From Octopus bimaculoides (Eukaryota), in the NCBI RefSeq assembly GCF_001194135.2, contig NC_068994.1, positions 36,707,995 through 36,771,994 of the forward strand: 64,000 nucleotides of DNA. The letters are read 5' to 3'. Below the pieces are notes generated by a model. The model worked only from the letters and a program-made list of their open reading frames with translations, was not told where the DNA came from and made no database searches. Positions within the stretch are counted from its first letter, which is position 1, and each line of letters opens with the position of its first letter. This document shows positions 13,512 through 27,420 of the stretch, one piece after another. The translations under genes were made by a program, and so were the position numbers.

Positions 13512-13724
13512 ATATGTTTGTGTGTCTGTGTTTATCCCCTCCCCCCCCGCATCACTTGATGACCGATGCTGGTGTGTTTACATCCCCGTAACTTAGCGGT
13601 TCGGCAAAGGAGACCAATAGAATAAGTACTAGGCTTACAAAGAATAAGTCCTGGGGTCGATTTTCTCAACTAAAAGCAGTGCTCCAGCATGGCCACAGTC
13701 AAATGACTGAAACAAGTAAAAGAG
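13177..13724 (+). mobile_element. tRNA-type SINE family A, near full length, with internal (TA)n/(TG)n and an assembly gap
   Basis: A/B-box-like head (ggctgtgtggtaag; ggttcagtccc) and the conserved 3' part ...gctccagcatggccacagtcaaatgactgaaacaagtaaaag. Confidence 0.85.
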
Positions 13725-14289
13725 TATATGTCCATGAGCAGAGTTCAGCTTAAAAAGTAAATGCTGTAAAATCGAATCCGTAACAAAACCAACCAAAAGA
13801 GAAAGAACAGTGGACAGATAACCATAAATACTATGAAATAGTTGATTTATGATTTACACACTCTACTATGCAGCCCTCCTCCAAAAGCATGCTGGAATAA
13901 ACTCATACTGCAAATACCCAACAAAATGAACAAAGCCTACAATATGTGCCTTAGAAGGTCAATACCTGACAGAAGAACACAACCTGTGCTGTACAAACAA
14001 CACACAATACAAAAATTAATACAACAGAAAACTCAAATCAAACCCCATAACAAGACATACTGATACAATACAATATCGCCCCCCCACCACCACCACCAAA
14101 AAAATGCAGCACACACCACCTCGCCAACACAGAGGTGCAACAAATGATGTAATAGAAAGTTGCTTGAAACAATCAGATGTCAAAAAATAATAGTGGTGAT
14201 AATGGGGGAAAATGTTACCTTACCTCAGTTTAAGAGAGACAGGAGTTTCAAAGAAACTCTGGTTGTAACAGTGAAAATGAAGCTGGACC

Positions 14290-14885
14290 TTTAAAGGAAG
14301 GCCTCTCGCATCTAGTCAACATCATGGTGTTTGGAGTGATCACTAGTGATGGCAACGTTATGCCTCCATTCATCTTTCAACACATCAAGTGCCTGGAGGA
14401 AGCAGTGTTGCCCTGGGTCAAGAGTGTGGCTGCTGGAACAACATGTGTCTGGCAACAGGACTCTGCACCATGCCACACAAGCAGGAGAACTCAGTTGTGG
14501 CTATCAGACAATTTCTGTGACCACATCACCCCTAACATCTGGCCACCTAACTATCCAGCCTGCAATCCCCTTGGTTATTATGTGTGGGGTGCAGTTGAGC
14601 GAGAGACCAACGAAACTCCTTTGTAACACCAAAAAGGAACTGAAGGCAAGGTTTATAGCAGAATTCACCAACTTAAACAAAGAGACTGTCCAGAAGAGTT
14701 GCAGGAAATTCCAAAGTCGTCTGGAGGCCGTGGCTGAAGCCAATGGCAATTTTATTGACTAAATTCACTCTTTAGTATTTCAAGATATTTTTATGTAATT
14801 TTGGTAAATATACCGGTTAAAATGAGATGTCCATATTATTTTCATTTTTGTGTAATTTAGACAACAATATATTCACTGCACCTTG
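14290..14885 (+). mobile_element. maT/DD37D-type Tc1-mariner transposon, 3' half
   Basis: VFGVITSDG...WQQDSAPCHTS...WPPNYPACNPL(G)YYVWG...EANGNFID; 37 residues between the QQD aspartate and the third catalytic position; ends in ...caccttg followed by TA. Confidence 0.8.
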
Positions 14886-15225
14886 TATGTATGTATATAT
14901 ACACACACAGACATGCACACACTACTTCCACATATAACCACACACATATGGACTCACACATGCATATTCACATGCACCCCCCCCACACACACACACAGCC
15001 AATTATGTACTCTTCTGACTTTGAAAACAACACATTAGAAGTGTAATTCCACATTTACACAAAGGTGATATGCACATTAGCAAACTAACAAGAAACCTTT
15101 CTGTGTTAAATGTTCCTTTTAGTAGTAGTAGCAGTAGCAGTAGTAGTAGTAGTATTCATTTAATGTCTGTTCTCCATGCTGGCATGGGTTGGACAGTTTG
15201 ACAGGAGCTGACAAGCTGGAAAGCC

Positions 15226-17086
15226 AATCCCCAAAAATATACCATCTCCTGTACATGGTTGACCTAAAACTTTTCACCAAAAGCACCATGGAACAGAGAA
15301 ACCTTATCAAAATTGTTCAGTTTCAGCAATGACATTGGAATGAGCATGGAGCTGGACAAATGTGCCACAGTGAGATGAGGCGAATTATTCAGCACTAAAA
15401 ATACTGTACTCAACATAGACATAGAAATTAAAGAATTAGACCACAACCACTCATACAAATATCTAAGAATAAACAAAACAGCTAAAATGCAACACACAGA
15501 AATGAAAGGGAAAATTAGGAAAGGGTATTACAGGAAATTTAGACTAATATTAAACACTGAACTCAATGCTAAAACTAAAATAATCGGGACAAGCATGCTA
15601 GTCATACCAGTCATAAATTACAGCTTTAACATAATAAATTGGAAGATCAGTGAATTGAGAAACCTAGATAGAAAAACCAGAAAACTACTAACAGCATACT
15701 GAAGTCATCAACCCAAAGCAGACGCAGACAGAATATATATACCCCACTCAGAAGGAGGCCGTGGCCTGATACAAATAGAAAACTACTATAAAATAACAAC
15801 AGTTGGACTTACAAAATACTTAGAAATAAATAGTGGAAGACTACTGCATGTAGTAAAGCAACACAAGAAAAAGAAAATGCTTTTCTCTATACACAAAGAG
15901 GTGACAAAATACAAAACAGAAACACACTACACTGACACACTGACTTCAAATGACAACATATCAGAAATGGTCAGAGAGACAAAAATCAAAATGAAAACTG
16001 AATTACAAAAGATACTGAAGAAGAAATGGAGAGAAAAATCACTTTATGGCCGGCAAGGCTTGACAGAGAGGAAGTGAGCCAAAGTAAAAGCTAACAGTAG
16101 CTCAAATGCTCTAGACTAAAAGCTGAAATGGAAGGACTGATTCATGCTGCACGAGACCAATGACTGACTACAAACAATTATAAAACCAAAATAATGAAAA
16201 CAGGCCTCAACACCAAATGCAGAATGTGCAGCCAGCAGAATGAGACAGTTGACAGCATTACCTCAGGCTGTCCAGTCCTTGCTAAGTCTGAATATGTATA
16301 CTGACACAACAAAGTAAGCAGTTATATGCACTGGACAATATGCCAACATACAACATCAAAACTGACAACAGGTGGTATAAGCATGTGCCAAGCAAGGTAC
16401 AAGACAATGACCAAGCCACAATCATCTGGGATATGCCGGTTCAAATCAGCAAAGAAATAAAAGCTAATCGTCCAGACATAATAATCAAGGATTGGGGGAA
16501 AAACACCTGTTTTCTGATAGACATTGCAGTCCCTTCTAATCAAAATATTGTCAAAAAAAACAAGTGGAGAAATTGTCAAAGTACAAGTCCTTGAAATCGA
16601 AGTATTCAAAATGTGGGGCATGAAGGTAAAAATAATACCAAAATAATTGGAGCATTGGGCATGATAAAAAAAGATATGAACAAAAACGTAGAAGCTATAC
16701 CTGGATCCTCAACACTACACACTGTCAAAAAAAATAGTTCTGCAGGGAACAGCCCACATCCTACGCAATACACTATCAATTCAATAATACAATCAAAACA
16801 AAACAGCCCACAAATACATGATACATACTATATAGCATTTACCCAGTGAAATAAACTTCCTCCAGCAATCCGGAAAGCCAAAACATTACACACCCAACAT
16901 ACAATACAGGCAGTAACTCAGCAAAAGACTGCATCACACCTCAAGAGAGAAAAAAATAACACAATACAGTATCGGAAAGAGCTTGCACACCCGCAACAGC
17001 AGAAAAGAACACACCCCAGCAACACAGAAGTGTAGCAGGTGATGCAGCAGAAATTTGCCTCAATCTACCAAATATTGAACAGTTAT

Positions 17087-17087
<1 letters not shown>
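15226..17087 (+). mobile_element. R4/Dong-like non-LTR retrotransposon fragment (RT end, CCHC finger, restriction-like endonuclease, 3' UTR)
   Basis: HLLYMVDLKLF (YMDD-type), KYL, EGGRGL, KCRMCSQQNETVDSITSGC, ANRPDIIIKD, FLIDIAVP, IIGALG; (GAT)n tail; stops and frameshifts present. Confidence 0.85.
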
Positions 17088-17120
<33 letters not shown>

Positions 17121-19239
17121 GTATGGAAAGTTTAAGTTTGAATATATACTAAATATCCTCATATAGGCATATTTATTGATACCATTCTCCAAATCTCTCC
17201 AATGATTTCACATATTCTATATCATACTTTTCCTTTGATTGTAAAGGGTCTGAGAGAATAATATTTTTGATTCACTTTATGGCTGAGAAGATGCTAAATT
17301 TGGCTAAAAAATCAATTATATCCATGCTAACATGAATTAATAGATACTAATATAATTAGGTTTGTGTTTGAGTCTGTGTGTTTATTAGCCACTAGTATAA
17401 TGAGGTAAACTTATGAGGTTAAAACGCTGTTTGAAGAATAATTGCCTGTTGAAATGTACAAGGAAGATGAAAACAATAATGAAAACTAAAGTTCTTGTAG
17501 GACATAGGTCATACTTCCCAATAGTAAGTAAATGCTCAAAGTTAAAATGTATTTGCTTGGGGAAAACATACCCAAATTTTTCAGCATATTTAAAAAAAAT
17601 TTTTCCATATTTTTGTGGTATGCGCATTCTAAAACAGTTAAAATAAGTTATCTGAAGCTAAGATATATGAGGGTTATTAAGAATTCAACAGGAGACACTG
17701 CTATGATTGTTTCATAGAAAGGAGATTTATTTGTGCTTTGGATTCATTAGATCTTACACGATTGTGAAATTCTTATTTTGCAATATGAATCTGGCAATTT
17801 AAAATAAATCATCTGGTGGTTGTTATATGACAATAAATACATGAGAAAAATGACAGAGAAACATCATTGAGCAAATGAGACTCAAGTCAAAATCCCAGTC
17901 TTTTAGTTGTTATATCTGCATCTTGTCTCTTGAGGATATAATTACTAAATTGCTTAAGAATAAGAATAGAAATACATTTGTATGTAGAATTCATTAATTC
18001 ATGTCTTTAAGTCTACTTGATAAATGCTGGCTTGGAACTAAACAGCAACATTAATTCATATACTACATGGTGTGTTGCATAATTTAACTCACATTATTGA
18101 ACTATTTATCTGGACTTTATTTAGTGCGACAACAGTCTGACTGTGGTTCTGGATGAATACGCTAAATTAGCTTCTACAGATTTGAAATTACAATCCTTCA
18201 TTTGTTAAACATACAAGTTGTTCTTTACACCCAAGTCAACTTTGATTTAGCAAACTTATGACCAAAAGGATTCCAGCACTGACCATAATATTTGTTGTTC
18301 TGAACTACTGTAAATCAAACTACACTTTCTAATATGTCTCTTTTTTTTTATGGTGGGGGACCATAGAGTGCGATATGAGGAAAATTTTTCTGCTTTTGAT
18401 TGGTAGTCATGTGGCAACATAGAAGTACCCTTATTAGCTGACAAATCTAGGTGTTCTTCCTGGCTGTTAAAATCCTTAAATTATTTTAGAGCAAAACTTA
18501 AAATATATTCTCATATACAATTAATACATATACCCTCTGGTATGTTATGCAATTTACCTAGTGGTGCACATATAGCTAACCAACCAGTAATGTTGTAGAT
18601 ATATTTTATTTCTGAGAATACGCTCTTTATTCATTTATCTTCTAAAATAATTCCATAACTTCAACAAATCTAACTTATTTCCACTTCATGATAGACTTTT
18701 ATGACATCACTTTACTTCAGACTCTGTTACAGTCATCAGGTACCCTTTCCATTTCAAGTCATTTTGATTTTGGCGATCAATGTAAAATCAAATCTAAGTT
18801 GAATTTAGTTATTCTTTTTATAAGAGAAAATTTGCTTATTCTAATTAAATTTAGTTTGTTGTAAAAATCTTAAAATATATTTTATGACTTGAAGATATAT
18901 TTTGCTATTTTCATCCTAGGATGCCTTTTGACAATATTCTTTTCTTCATTGCCATTCATTTGCATTTCTGCATACAATTCTTAAGGAAATGCATCTTGCA
19001 TTAAAATCTCTGTGCCAATCATATACGTTCTTATGCACAAAATGTACAGATATAGCTGAAATTTATATAACTACACATATCTTCCAACCTATATACAGCC
19101 TTGTACAAACACACAAACGAAATTCTGATTTCATTTAAAGTCATTGAATGTATGAATATTGTGACATAAGTAGAACTATGACAACATTCACTTAATGCAG
19201 CTTAATAAGGCAGTGAATACCTAAATGACAAACAATTGT

Positions 19240-19440
19240 TCTTTTAGTTGTTTCAGTCATTTGACTGTGGCCATGCTGGAGTACCGCCTTTAGTCGAACA
19301 AATCGACCCCAGGACTTATTCTTTGTAAGCCTAGTACTTATTCTATCGGTCTCTTTTGCCAAACCGCTAAGTTACGGGGACGTAAACACACCACCATCGG
19401 TTGTCAAGTGATGTTGGGGGGACAAACATAGACACACAAA
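19240..19440 (-). mobile_element. SINE family A, 3' part
   Basis: Reverse complement of the 13540-13724 segment. Confidence 0.8.
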
Positions 19441-20126
19441 CATATACATACACATACATATATATATATACATATATATATATACAACATTTTTAAGGTT
19501 ATACATATCGAATTGTAAACCAACTATATATTTTTCATTAATAAAACACAATAAACAAACAGAAGTAAAATCATTTTTGATTTCTATAAATTGATTTGAC
19601 TCTTAATCATTTTGGACACAAAGACAATTTGAACTCTTTAAATCAATCAATATATGATTACATTTTGATAAGGATCTATTCATATTAGCAACAAGGAAAA
19701 CTTTTTTAGAAAATAATTCCTAATGTAAATCATAGGGAGCTTGTCTTAGTAGTTGAATTCCTTGTTGGTAACAAATACCAAAAGTTTTCAAGCTATGAAT
19801 TATTTGTGAACTCTTAGAGAGATATTTGCCTGGCTCAGTTGTTTAATATTCATACTGTAGCATTATTTTTCTTATTACAGTCCAGTCAGCTTATTGCTAA
19901 GGCAAGGATGTTTGATATATAGAAAAGTATGAGTGGGTCTATATACACAATATGAGCTTGATCTTCCAATGCTATAGAAATTTTTGACTTTTGGAAAAGT
20001 TACATGTAATTTAGCAAACTGTGTCTCATTTTTAATGTCAGAGAAAACAGTGATAAGGATTTGTTCAAATGCCAGTGAAGAGATAGATGCAAATATATGC
20101 ATACATTTATTTGTGTGTGTGTATAA

Positions 20127-20127
<1 letters not shown>

Positions 20128-20212
<85 letters not shown>
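20128..20212. repeat. Pure (TA)n tract of about 80 bp
   Basis: Directly visible. Confidence 0.95.
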
Positions 20213-20215
<3 letters not shown>

Positions 20216-20324
20216 AACAGAGTTATTAGTAAGGGATTATCAATCCGGATAAAACACTTTATAAGCTCTCTGCTAGTACACCAGGCTAACAAAGACACTC
20301 ACACATAAATATATATATATACAA

Positions 20325-20452
20325 GAGGCTTCTTTCAGTTTCTGTCTACCAAATCCACTCACAAGGCTTTAGTTGGCCCGAGGCTATAGTAGAAGACACT
20401 TGCCCAAGGTACCATGCAGTGGGTCTGAACCCAGAACCATATGGTTGGGAAA
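20325..20452 (-). mobile_element. SINE family A, 5' part
   Basis: Reverse complement of the 13200-13330 segment. Confidence 0.8.
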
Positions 20453-22719
20453 AACAAAATTTTGAGCTATTTATCTGCTTGTAGTATTATATATACACAG
20501 GCTGGGGTATACAGCATTTCAGTACAAAGAAAAGTATACACATTTCATAATTTTGCTGTTTCTTTTTAGATTTTGTGTTTTGCTTCTGATTTGTTTTGTT
20601 GCATTAGTGAAATATCAGACCACCTTGACTGATCTGATCACATGGACATACATATGAAATATAATGAAAATTGAACTTAGAATCCCTGTCATATAAAATC
20701 ATAGCATTATTATAGCAATTTAATATCTTCATTGCACATCAACTTGGATAACAGATGTATTTTATGATATGCTGAGTATGGCCATGCACTTAGAACCATG
20801 ATTGTAAATGAGCATTACTATCCTACCAGTGATGCTGTTTGTTTCCAGTCTTCCATGTAAAACATTCCTTGCTTAGAAACAGGTGAGGGTTGGTGACAAG
20901 AAGGGTATGCAGCCATCAAAAATCTGCCTCAATAAATTCCACTTGACAGATATAGGCATGGAAAAGTGGACATAAATAAGAGTGGTGATGATGAATGAGC
21001 ATCCATCATAATTAGGTTTAAAAAATCTGGCAAAAAGTGCATATTATGTTTGAACAAATGCATTACTATTTCTGAGGTACCAGCAAATTGCTGCTTGCAG
21101 AAAATTTATTCTTTCAACCTATAAACCATATTTGTGAGCTACAATCCTCGTGATACTGATGATCAAGGATGAAGTTATTGATTTTTTTTCTTTTTAAAGT
21201 TCTTGAGTTGATTGGAATTTTCATGATGCTTGAAATATAGTTTCAAATTTTAGCATGTGGCCAACAATTTTAGGAGAGTGAGTAAGTCAATTATATTAGT
21301 TCCAGTACTTGAGTGGAACTTATTTTATTAACCGCAAGAGAATGAAAGATAAATTTGACCTTAATGGTATTTGAACTCAGAATATGAAGAGCCAAAAGAA
21401 ATACTGTGCAGCACTTTGTCCAATGCATGACAATTCTACCAACTCAATACACCTCATGATGTATGTAATATGAAAAGAAAAAACCTGAAGCCTGTTAAGG
21501 GTTGAACTGTTTGTGAGTTAAATCATTGTTACTTATATTGAATTATGTTGTAAGTCAAGACTTAACTCATTATCTGTAAGAATGATTTTTAAATTCATTA
21601 TTGAATTAATGTTATCAAGAAAGGTTTAAACTTTAAATATCCTTTAAATATCTGTATTTACGAAATCACAAAAGCCATATTACTATTATAAGAATGGCAT
21701 ATAAGAATGAAAGGAATATAAAAGAAAAGATATGGCAAATTACAAATAGTTGACTGAGCAAGAAAAATACATAATTTTCGAGGAGGACATCATTACATGC
21801 TTATATAGATTAAATAATGAGATCATCTGAATTAGTAAATTAAGAGTTTTCTATGAGAAAACTTTCGTTCATTAAAATCTCTAATTTATTAATTTAACAA
21901 TCAAATCCATCTAATTTTGCTGACTAACAATAGTTAGGCTTCTATACTAACTTATCTATTTGTTTCCATAGACAAATAAATATAATTAAAATGTTTTCTT
22001 CTCACATTCCAGAGAAACATTGGAAAGAGTCAAATTAGTTTAAATTGATTTAGATTGCTAAAGTGGGCTTTTCACAAAAGACAAAGACATTATTATTTAA
22101 TATTCATTTATTTATTTTATTTTAGTTTAGTAGAATAATTTGGTCAAAACAAGCAAAACAAAGAAATTCTAAGGTAAACTTGCATAGTAAATTCCTTAGA
22201 TTGCATTACCATTCTAAGCCTCCAGTATAGATGCCTATCTAATAAAAGATGCTGTATAATTTTTTAGACTTTTGTTTTACATCAACTACAGTGGAAAATT
22301 AGATTAATTTGTTAAGGTTTGTGTGGTTAATGTTAAATTAAATTTTTTTTTAGTAAGAAAAATCTAATGTTAAGGTGCAGATATTATATTTTATTTTTTT
22401 GTTTTTGATAAGACAATGTTTATTGGGAAATATATGACTGTGAGTCAATGAGTCATGGAAATGTTTTGTAGTCCTGGTAGACAATACTGAAAACGCGTTA
22501 CCTTAAATTATGGTAGGGCAGTGCATTGAAAGAACCACTTTAACTCATTTATCTCATTCTATCTTGGTCAAACTGAGTTGGGAAGTAGTTCAGAAATCCA
22601 GAATGCCAAATATTTTCACTGCTATAGGTTCAGAAAGAAACTTATTGAAGAGCAACGGGTGATTTGTTTGCTTGCAGTCCTCTGACTTCAGGGTAACAAA
22701 GCTTGGGTTTTATGTTGAT

Positions 22720-23380
22720 ATCACCAGGTTGCCATTGGTGAAATTATCATTACTGGTACTATCTCAATTGAGAGTCTTGCTACTTCAGAATGGAAGGATG
22801 GTGATTGTCATGTCTTTTACCATCCTCACAGTCTAACCCTACTGGTTTCTAGTTGTGACCAAAACTTAGATGTCAAACACATTTGACAATATCATGGGAA
22901 AAAGCAGCTGGCATTGAGGCAGCAGGATGATTGATAATGCATAGGGTTCAGAAACATTTGTTGTAAATATTATCGTATTGGTGTTACAAAATGGAAGGCT
23001 GAGTAATATACTGATTTGGAAATAGTTGTTATTCAGCTAGGTGCCAGTCAACCCTGAAAGAGTATGGCATATAGCCAAATGCTGCTGTGGAGCTTGGAAG
23101 TAGAGCTGAAACATGCTGATACTGGTCAAGAAAATTAACAAGGCTATTCAAGACTTTATAGTACTGGATGGTGTCCTATTTATGTTAATTGATGCAATGT
23201 CTGCAAAATTGAGGCTGATTCATATCCTGATTATATCAGCAGTTTTGTATGTTCAGGTCATGGGGTTCTGTGAAGCTGTGGTGAACCTGATTGATGAGAG
23301 TATGGCAAAGGGCAGTAATTATAGACATGTTGGAAGTGCTTTATTTGTGTGGACTAAAAACCAAGGTGTCTGCGTCTAAC
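22720..23380 (+). mobile_element. Highly decayed Gypsy-like pol relic (RNase H end to integrase zinc-binding region)
   Basis: Weak motif remnants across frames: HPHSL, LRQQDD, DFIVLDGVLF, GH...CWKCFIC..KP. Confidence 0.3.
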
Positions 23381-23517
23381 AAGGAGACATATTACCATCT
23401 GACATCATGAATTAGGATGTTAAATATTTCTTTCTTAATGAAAAACAATTTATGATTGGGTAACATTATTTCCTTTTAATGGAAATATAAACAATGAAAA
23501 TGAGTTTTTTATAACTA

Positions 23518-24433
23518 CAAGTTGTGTTAAAAAAATATCCAACTTTATTTCTTCCTGCCAAAACCACTACCACATGGGAAAAAGTCCTTTGGGTGGGAGG
23601 TGATGCACTCTTCCTGTGCAGGCATGAAAATTTTCATGTCAGTAGGCCATGTCAGTTCCCAACTGTTACACCTAGAATACAGAAATGCAGCATACGCTTG
23701 TCAGATTTTCATTTTCATGCAAGATGACTGAATGCATTGAGTAGAGACCATAAATCTATGTCTCATCACTAGTGATGGTGGCCTTCATGAAGTCTGAATT
23801 GTGATTTGCACAGTCCAGCAGGTCCTGAGTGATTTCCATGTGGAATTGCTTTTGCTGTTCCACCAGCTCCTTGGGGAAGAATTTTGCTGACACTCTCCAC
23901 ATGCACAAATCTTCCATTAAAATGGAATGCATTGATCTTGTGCTTATACCTACTTTGTGAGCAATCTCCTAAATTGTTACATGATGGACTTCTATGACTA
24001 TTCACTGAACTTTCTCAATCGGTTCCTCATTTTAGCTTGTGGATGGCCTGCCTGAGTGTTTCTCTCTCTTCACAAAAATGCGACCATGTTTAAAGCAGTT
24101 GTACCAGTCCTTGACCTGACTTTTGCCTATGGCTTCATTGCCAAAAGGCTACTGAATCTTCTGGATGGTTTAAACTTGAGTATCACCAAACTTTTGGCAA
24201 AACTTGATGCAATATTTCTGCTTGATGTGTTCAGTGAAAATGAAAATCCAACAAGTATGCACTACTCATCTGTACTCTAGGTATAACAGCCAGGAACTGA
24301 CACAGCCTACTAGTGTGAAAATTTTCATGTATGTATAGAAAAGGTGGCGTCACCTCCCACTCAAAGCATTTTGTCCATGTGGCATCAGTTTTGGTAGGAA
24401 AAATAAAGTCAGATACTTTTTGAATGTACCTCA
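23518..24433 (-). mobile_element. Non-autonomous mariner with ~200-bp inverted ends and an N-terminal transposase relic
   Basis: TA-flanked TIRs (caagttgtgttaaaaaaatatcc / gatactttttgaatgtacctca). The minus strand gives KYCIKFCQKFG...HSGRPSTS...RVSAKFFPK...ITSDET. Confidence 0.85.
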
Positions 24434-27029
24434 TATAAACCCAATAAAATTAAGTACAAAGATGTATAAAGTAAAACAAAGCAAAAAAAATTCTATATTG
24501 AAATTATGTTAACAAGTAAAGTTAGATGAGGCTAGAAAGTGAAAAGGTCATTATCTCAAATGGAAACAGATTTTACCAATTATACCTGATAAAATTGTAA
24601 GTGCGGTAAGGCTATAACATGGGGCCCAAAGACTGGTATACAACGGTGTCAGAACAGCAAGAGGAAAGAAACTGGGTAAGCATTAGTCAAACATTGTCTA
24701 TTCACAAGTGTTTCAAGCTTGTGGAACTTGAATTCAAAGACTGATTGGACATGTGGAAGGATTGGTGAACCAAAGGTCATAATGTTTTTCTTTGAGGTCA
24801 CCTGTACCAGGTAAAATGTGGTGTCATCAAAGCCATTTATGTCATAGTTTTAACATTTATAGCCTCAGATTTGGATGAGTCAACCTCAAATTTAATACCC
24901 AATAAATCTGAGTAGAGGTCATAACAGATACTGTTAATAGGTTTGCTTACTTGTCTCACAATTTAAATTCTAGATCAAAGTGAAGGACTCAAAAGCAGGA
25001 TATTTTTCATCGTTACCAAGGGTTAGTTCCTATCCAGATCAGAAACATTGTCAGGTTCTGAATAGGGAATATGTATAGTAAAACACATGGATTATTCCTA
25101 TTTATATTATCTGATATTGATTTAGCATTTACCAATAGTGCATTGGTTACAAATTTGTATTGTTCAAGAATATGGTTGTACATAGTTTTTAGGTTTGTTT
25201 CCTTTTGAGACAATGATTTTTTTCCTTTGCAGTTTTATTTAACTTTACTTGTTAATGCAATTTCAATGTAGATTGTTTTTTTTTTTTTTTTGGTTCACAT
25301 TTATGCATCTTTCTACTTGATTTTATTGAAATAATTACAGACTTTCTTTGTGGGTTTATAGCCATCAAAAAACTCATTTTCATTATTGATATTACCATTA
25401 AAAGGAAATAGTGTTACACAATCATAGATTATTTTTTCATTAAGAAATAATTGTGTGATGAAGACTTTTGATGAAATGTGTATGTAGTTAAAGAATATTT
25501 GGAATATCTCAGAAGCTGGATATATGAGGTAGCTACAATAAATTACCAGATCATATGATGCCAAGGGAAATAATGGCAACGTAACATTCCAGTGAAAAGC
25601 TAGGCCTTTTAGTTGTTGTATTTCTATTAGATTTAGTTAGAATAAGTATTGAAATGATTCAAAGTGACAAGGCTTTCTTCATTGGAGGCTGTGATTCTAA
25701 CTATCTGAAATAATTAAATATTTTAGGCTGACTTCAACATCGTGTAAATGAGCATACTGAGCAGAAGAAGTCAATTCATGAAAATAAATTACGTTTGGAA
25801 AATGAAGTAAAATCGATTGGAAAAAAAGTTAAGAAAACAAAGCAGCTTAAAAATTTAAAAATACATAACAATAAAATAAATTTGGATAGAATTATAGGAA
25901 AAAAATTATATATATATATATATAAAACACAACCCTAAAAACATGGTAGCCTTTAATATTTTGAGCTGAGCTTTTAAGAGGTAATATGTTTCACATACAC
26001 TTTATTGTTAAAAGCATTATTAGATCAGCATCTGTAATGTGACAGAAAAATAGTTTAAACGTTGAAAGCTAAACTTGAACTAATAAAACAATATTTCCCT
26101 TTGGGACCAAATATTTGATCCAGAAATATTTAAAGTATTTAACATTATTTCCTATATTTCCTGATTTAAATACGTTATATCATAATTTTATAGTCATTTT
26201 CCAAAATACATTTAAAGAACTACACACATACCTACAAAGAGCAACACATGTATATGTTTTAAGATAGAAGGAGAAAGAGAGGAGCACATCCATCCATCCA
26301 TCCATCCATACATACATATATACATAGACACATAAATACATACACACATGTATGTATATGCATATATGAGTCATACATGTACAAATTGAAAGGTTCTTTG
26401 AAAAGTTATTTTGCAAAAAACGATGAAGTTTTAACATTGAAAAGGAAAGTAAATTGCTATAATGATTTCAGAAAAAGAGAGTTATGCCTTTGAGCTAATT
26501 AGTTATTTGATTTAACTGACAGTGGAAAATTCAACTTAATCATTAGAAAACAAATCAAGTCTGACCATATACATAAATTTCTATCATAGCATGTTTAACG
26601 GAAGTAAATTAGCTCAATAAATTTATGATAAAGTGCATGTGATGTGACAAAATGTATTGTTTATAATATATGAACTAACTTTATATTAGAATATAAAATA
26701 GCATTATACAAACGTATAGAATATAAATAAACAAGTTAATATGTTATGGCAAATGAGAAGAAAAATGGTTTTAGTTTGTTGTTAATCATTCAGAGATGCA
26801 ATATCTTTCCTTCATTTATTACCTTCACAGTTTACATACAAGTTCAAATTCCTTAGTATACCATTTGTAATAAATTAAGCGAAGTGACTTTTCTAATATG
26901 AAGAAGAATGAAGTTTATGAACCTCAGTTTATTTACTTTACAGTTATTTTAATGATTGAGAAGACAAGTTGTTAGATGTTAACTTATTCATACATGCATT
27001 CTATTTGTGTGTTGGAAGAGAGTTTGAAA

Positions 27030-27420
27030 TCTCATATTCTTCCAATATTCAAGTTATTGGTTCTTAAATTGGTTGGCTTTCTTTAACTCAACATATTTTG
27101 GGAGTCAATTCCAGATTCTATACATTCTGTTAAACAGTTTTTGTTTTCCTAGTGTTTTGCATCGATTTAGAAGTAACCTGTAAGTATGGCCTTTATTGAT
27201 GACTGATAGAATTCAAAGTTGTTTTTTCAGGTTACACAGTGCACATCACTTTTCGTTTGTTCATTCCTTTAATGATCATTTTTCCCAGGCTGTCATAGGT
27301 TTGGATGAGAGATTATTTGAGACAGAATTTTATGTCCATATCTTCTTTCTATCATTAACTTTTACTTCTCAAGTACAGGTATTCTTAGTCCTGAAATATT
27401 CAAAAGCACAGTGCAGATGG
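27030..27420 (-). mobile_element. CR1/L2-like LINE 3' relic
   Basis: Translation KGHTYRLLLNRCK...LFNRMYRIWN*LPKYV...NQFK resembles the CR1 ORF2 C-terminal RGH...F..R....WN.LP motif. Confidence 0.5.

Noticed and set aside
17385-17445. Strong minus-strand acceptor (catttcaacag|) near 17445
   Set aside because: Every frame stops within 20 codons and no clear donor follows.
18256-18480. Minus-strand frame SQEEHLDLSANKGTSMLPHDYQSK...
   Set aside because: No good donor in a phase fitting exon 3328 and no recognisable motif.
24600-25580. Patchy open frames on both strands, including a plus-strand TGG|GTAAGC donor
   Set aside because: No motif or partner exon; indistinguishable from an old transposon relic or chance.
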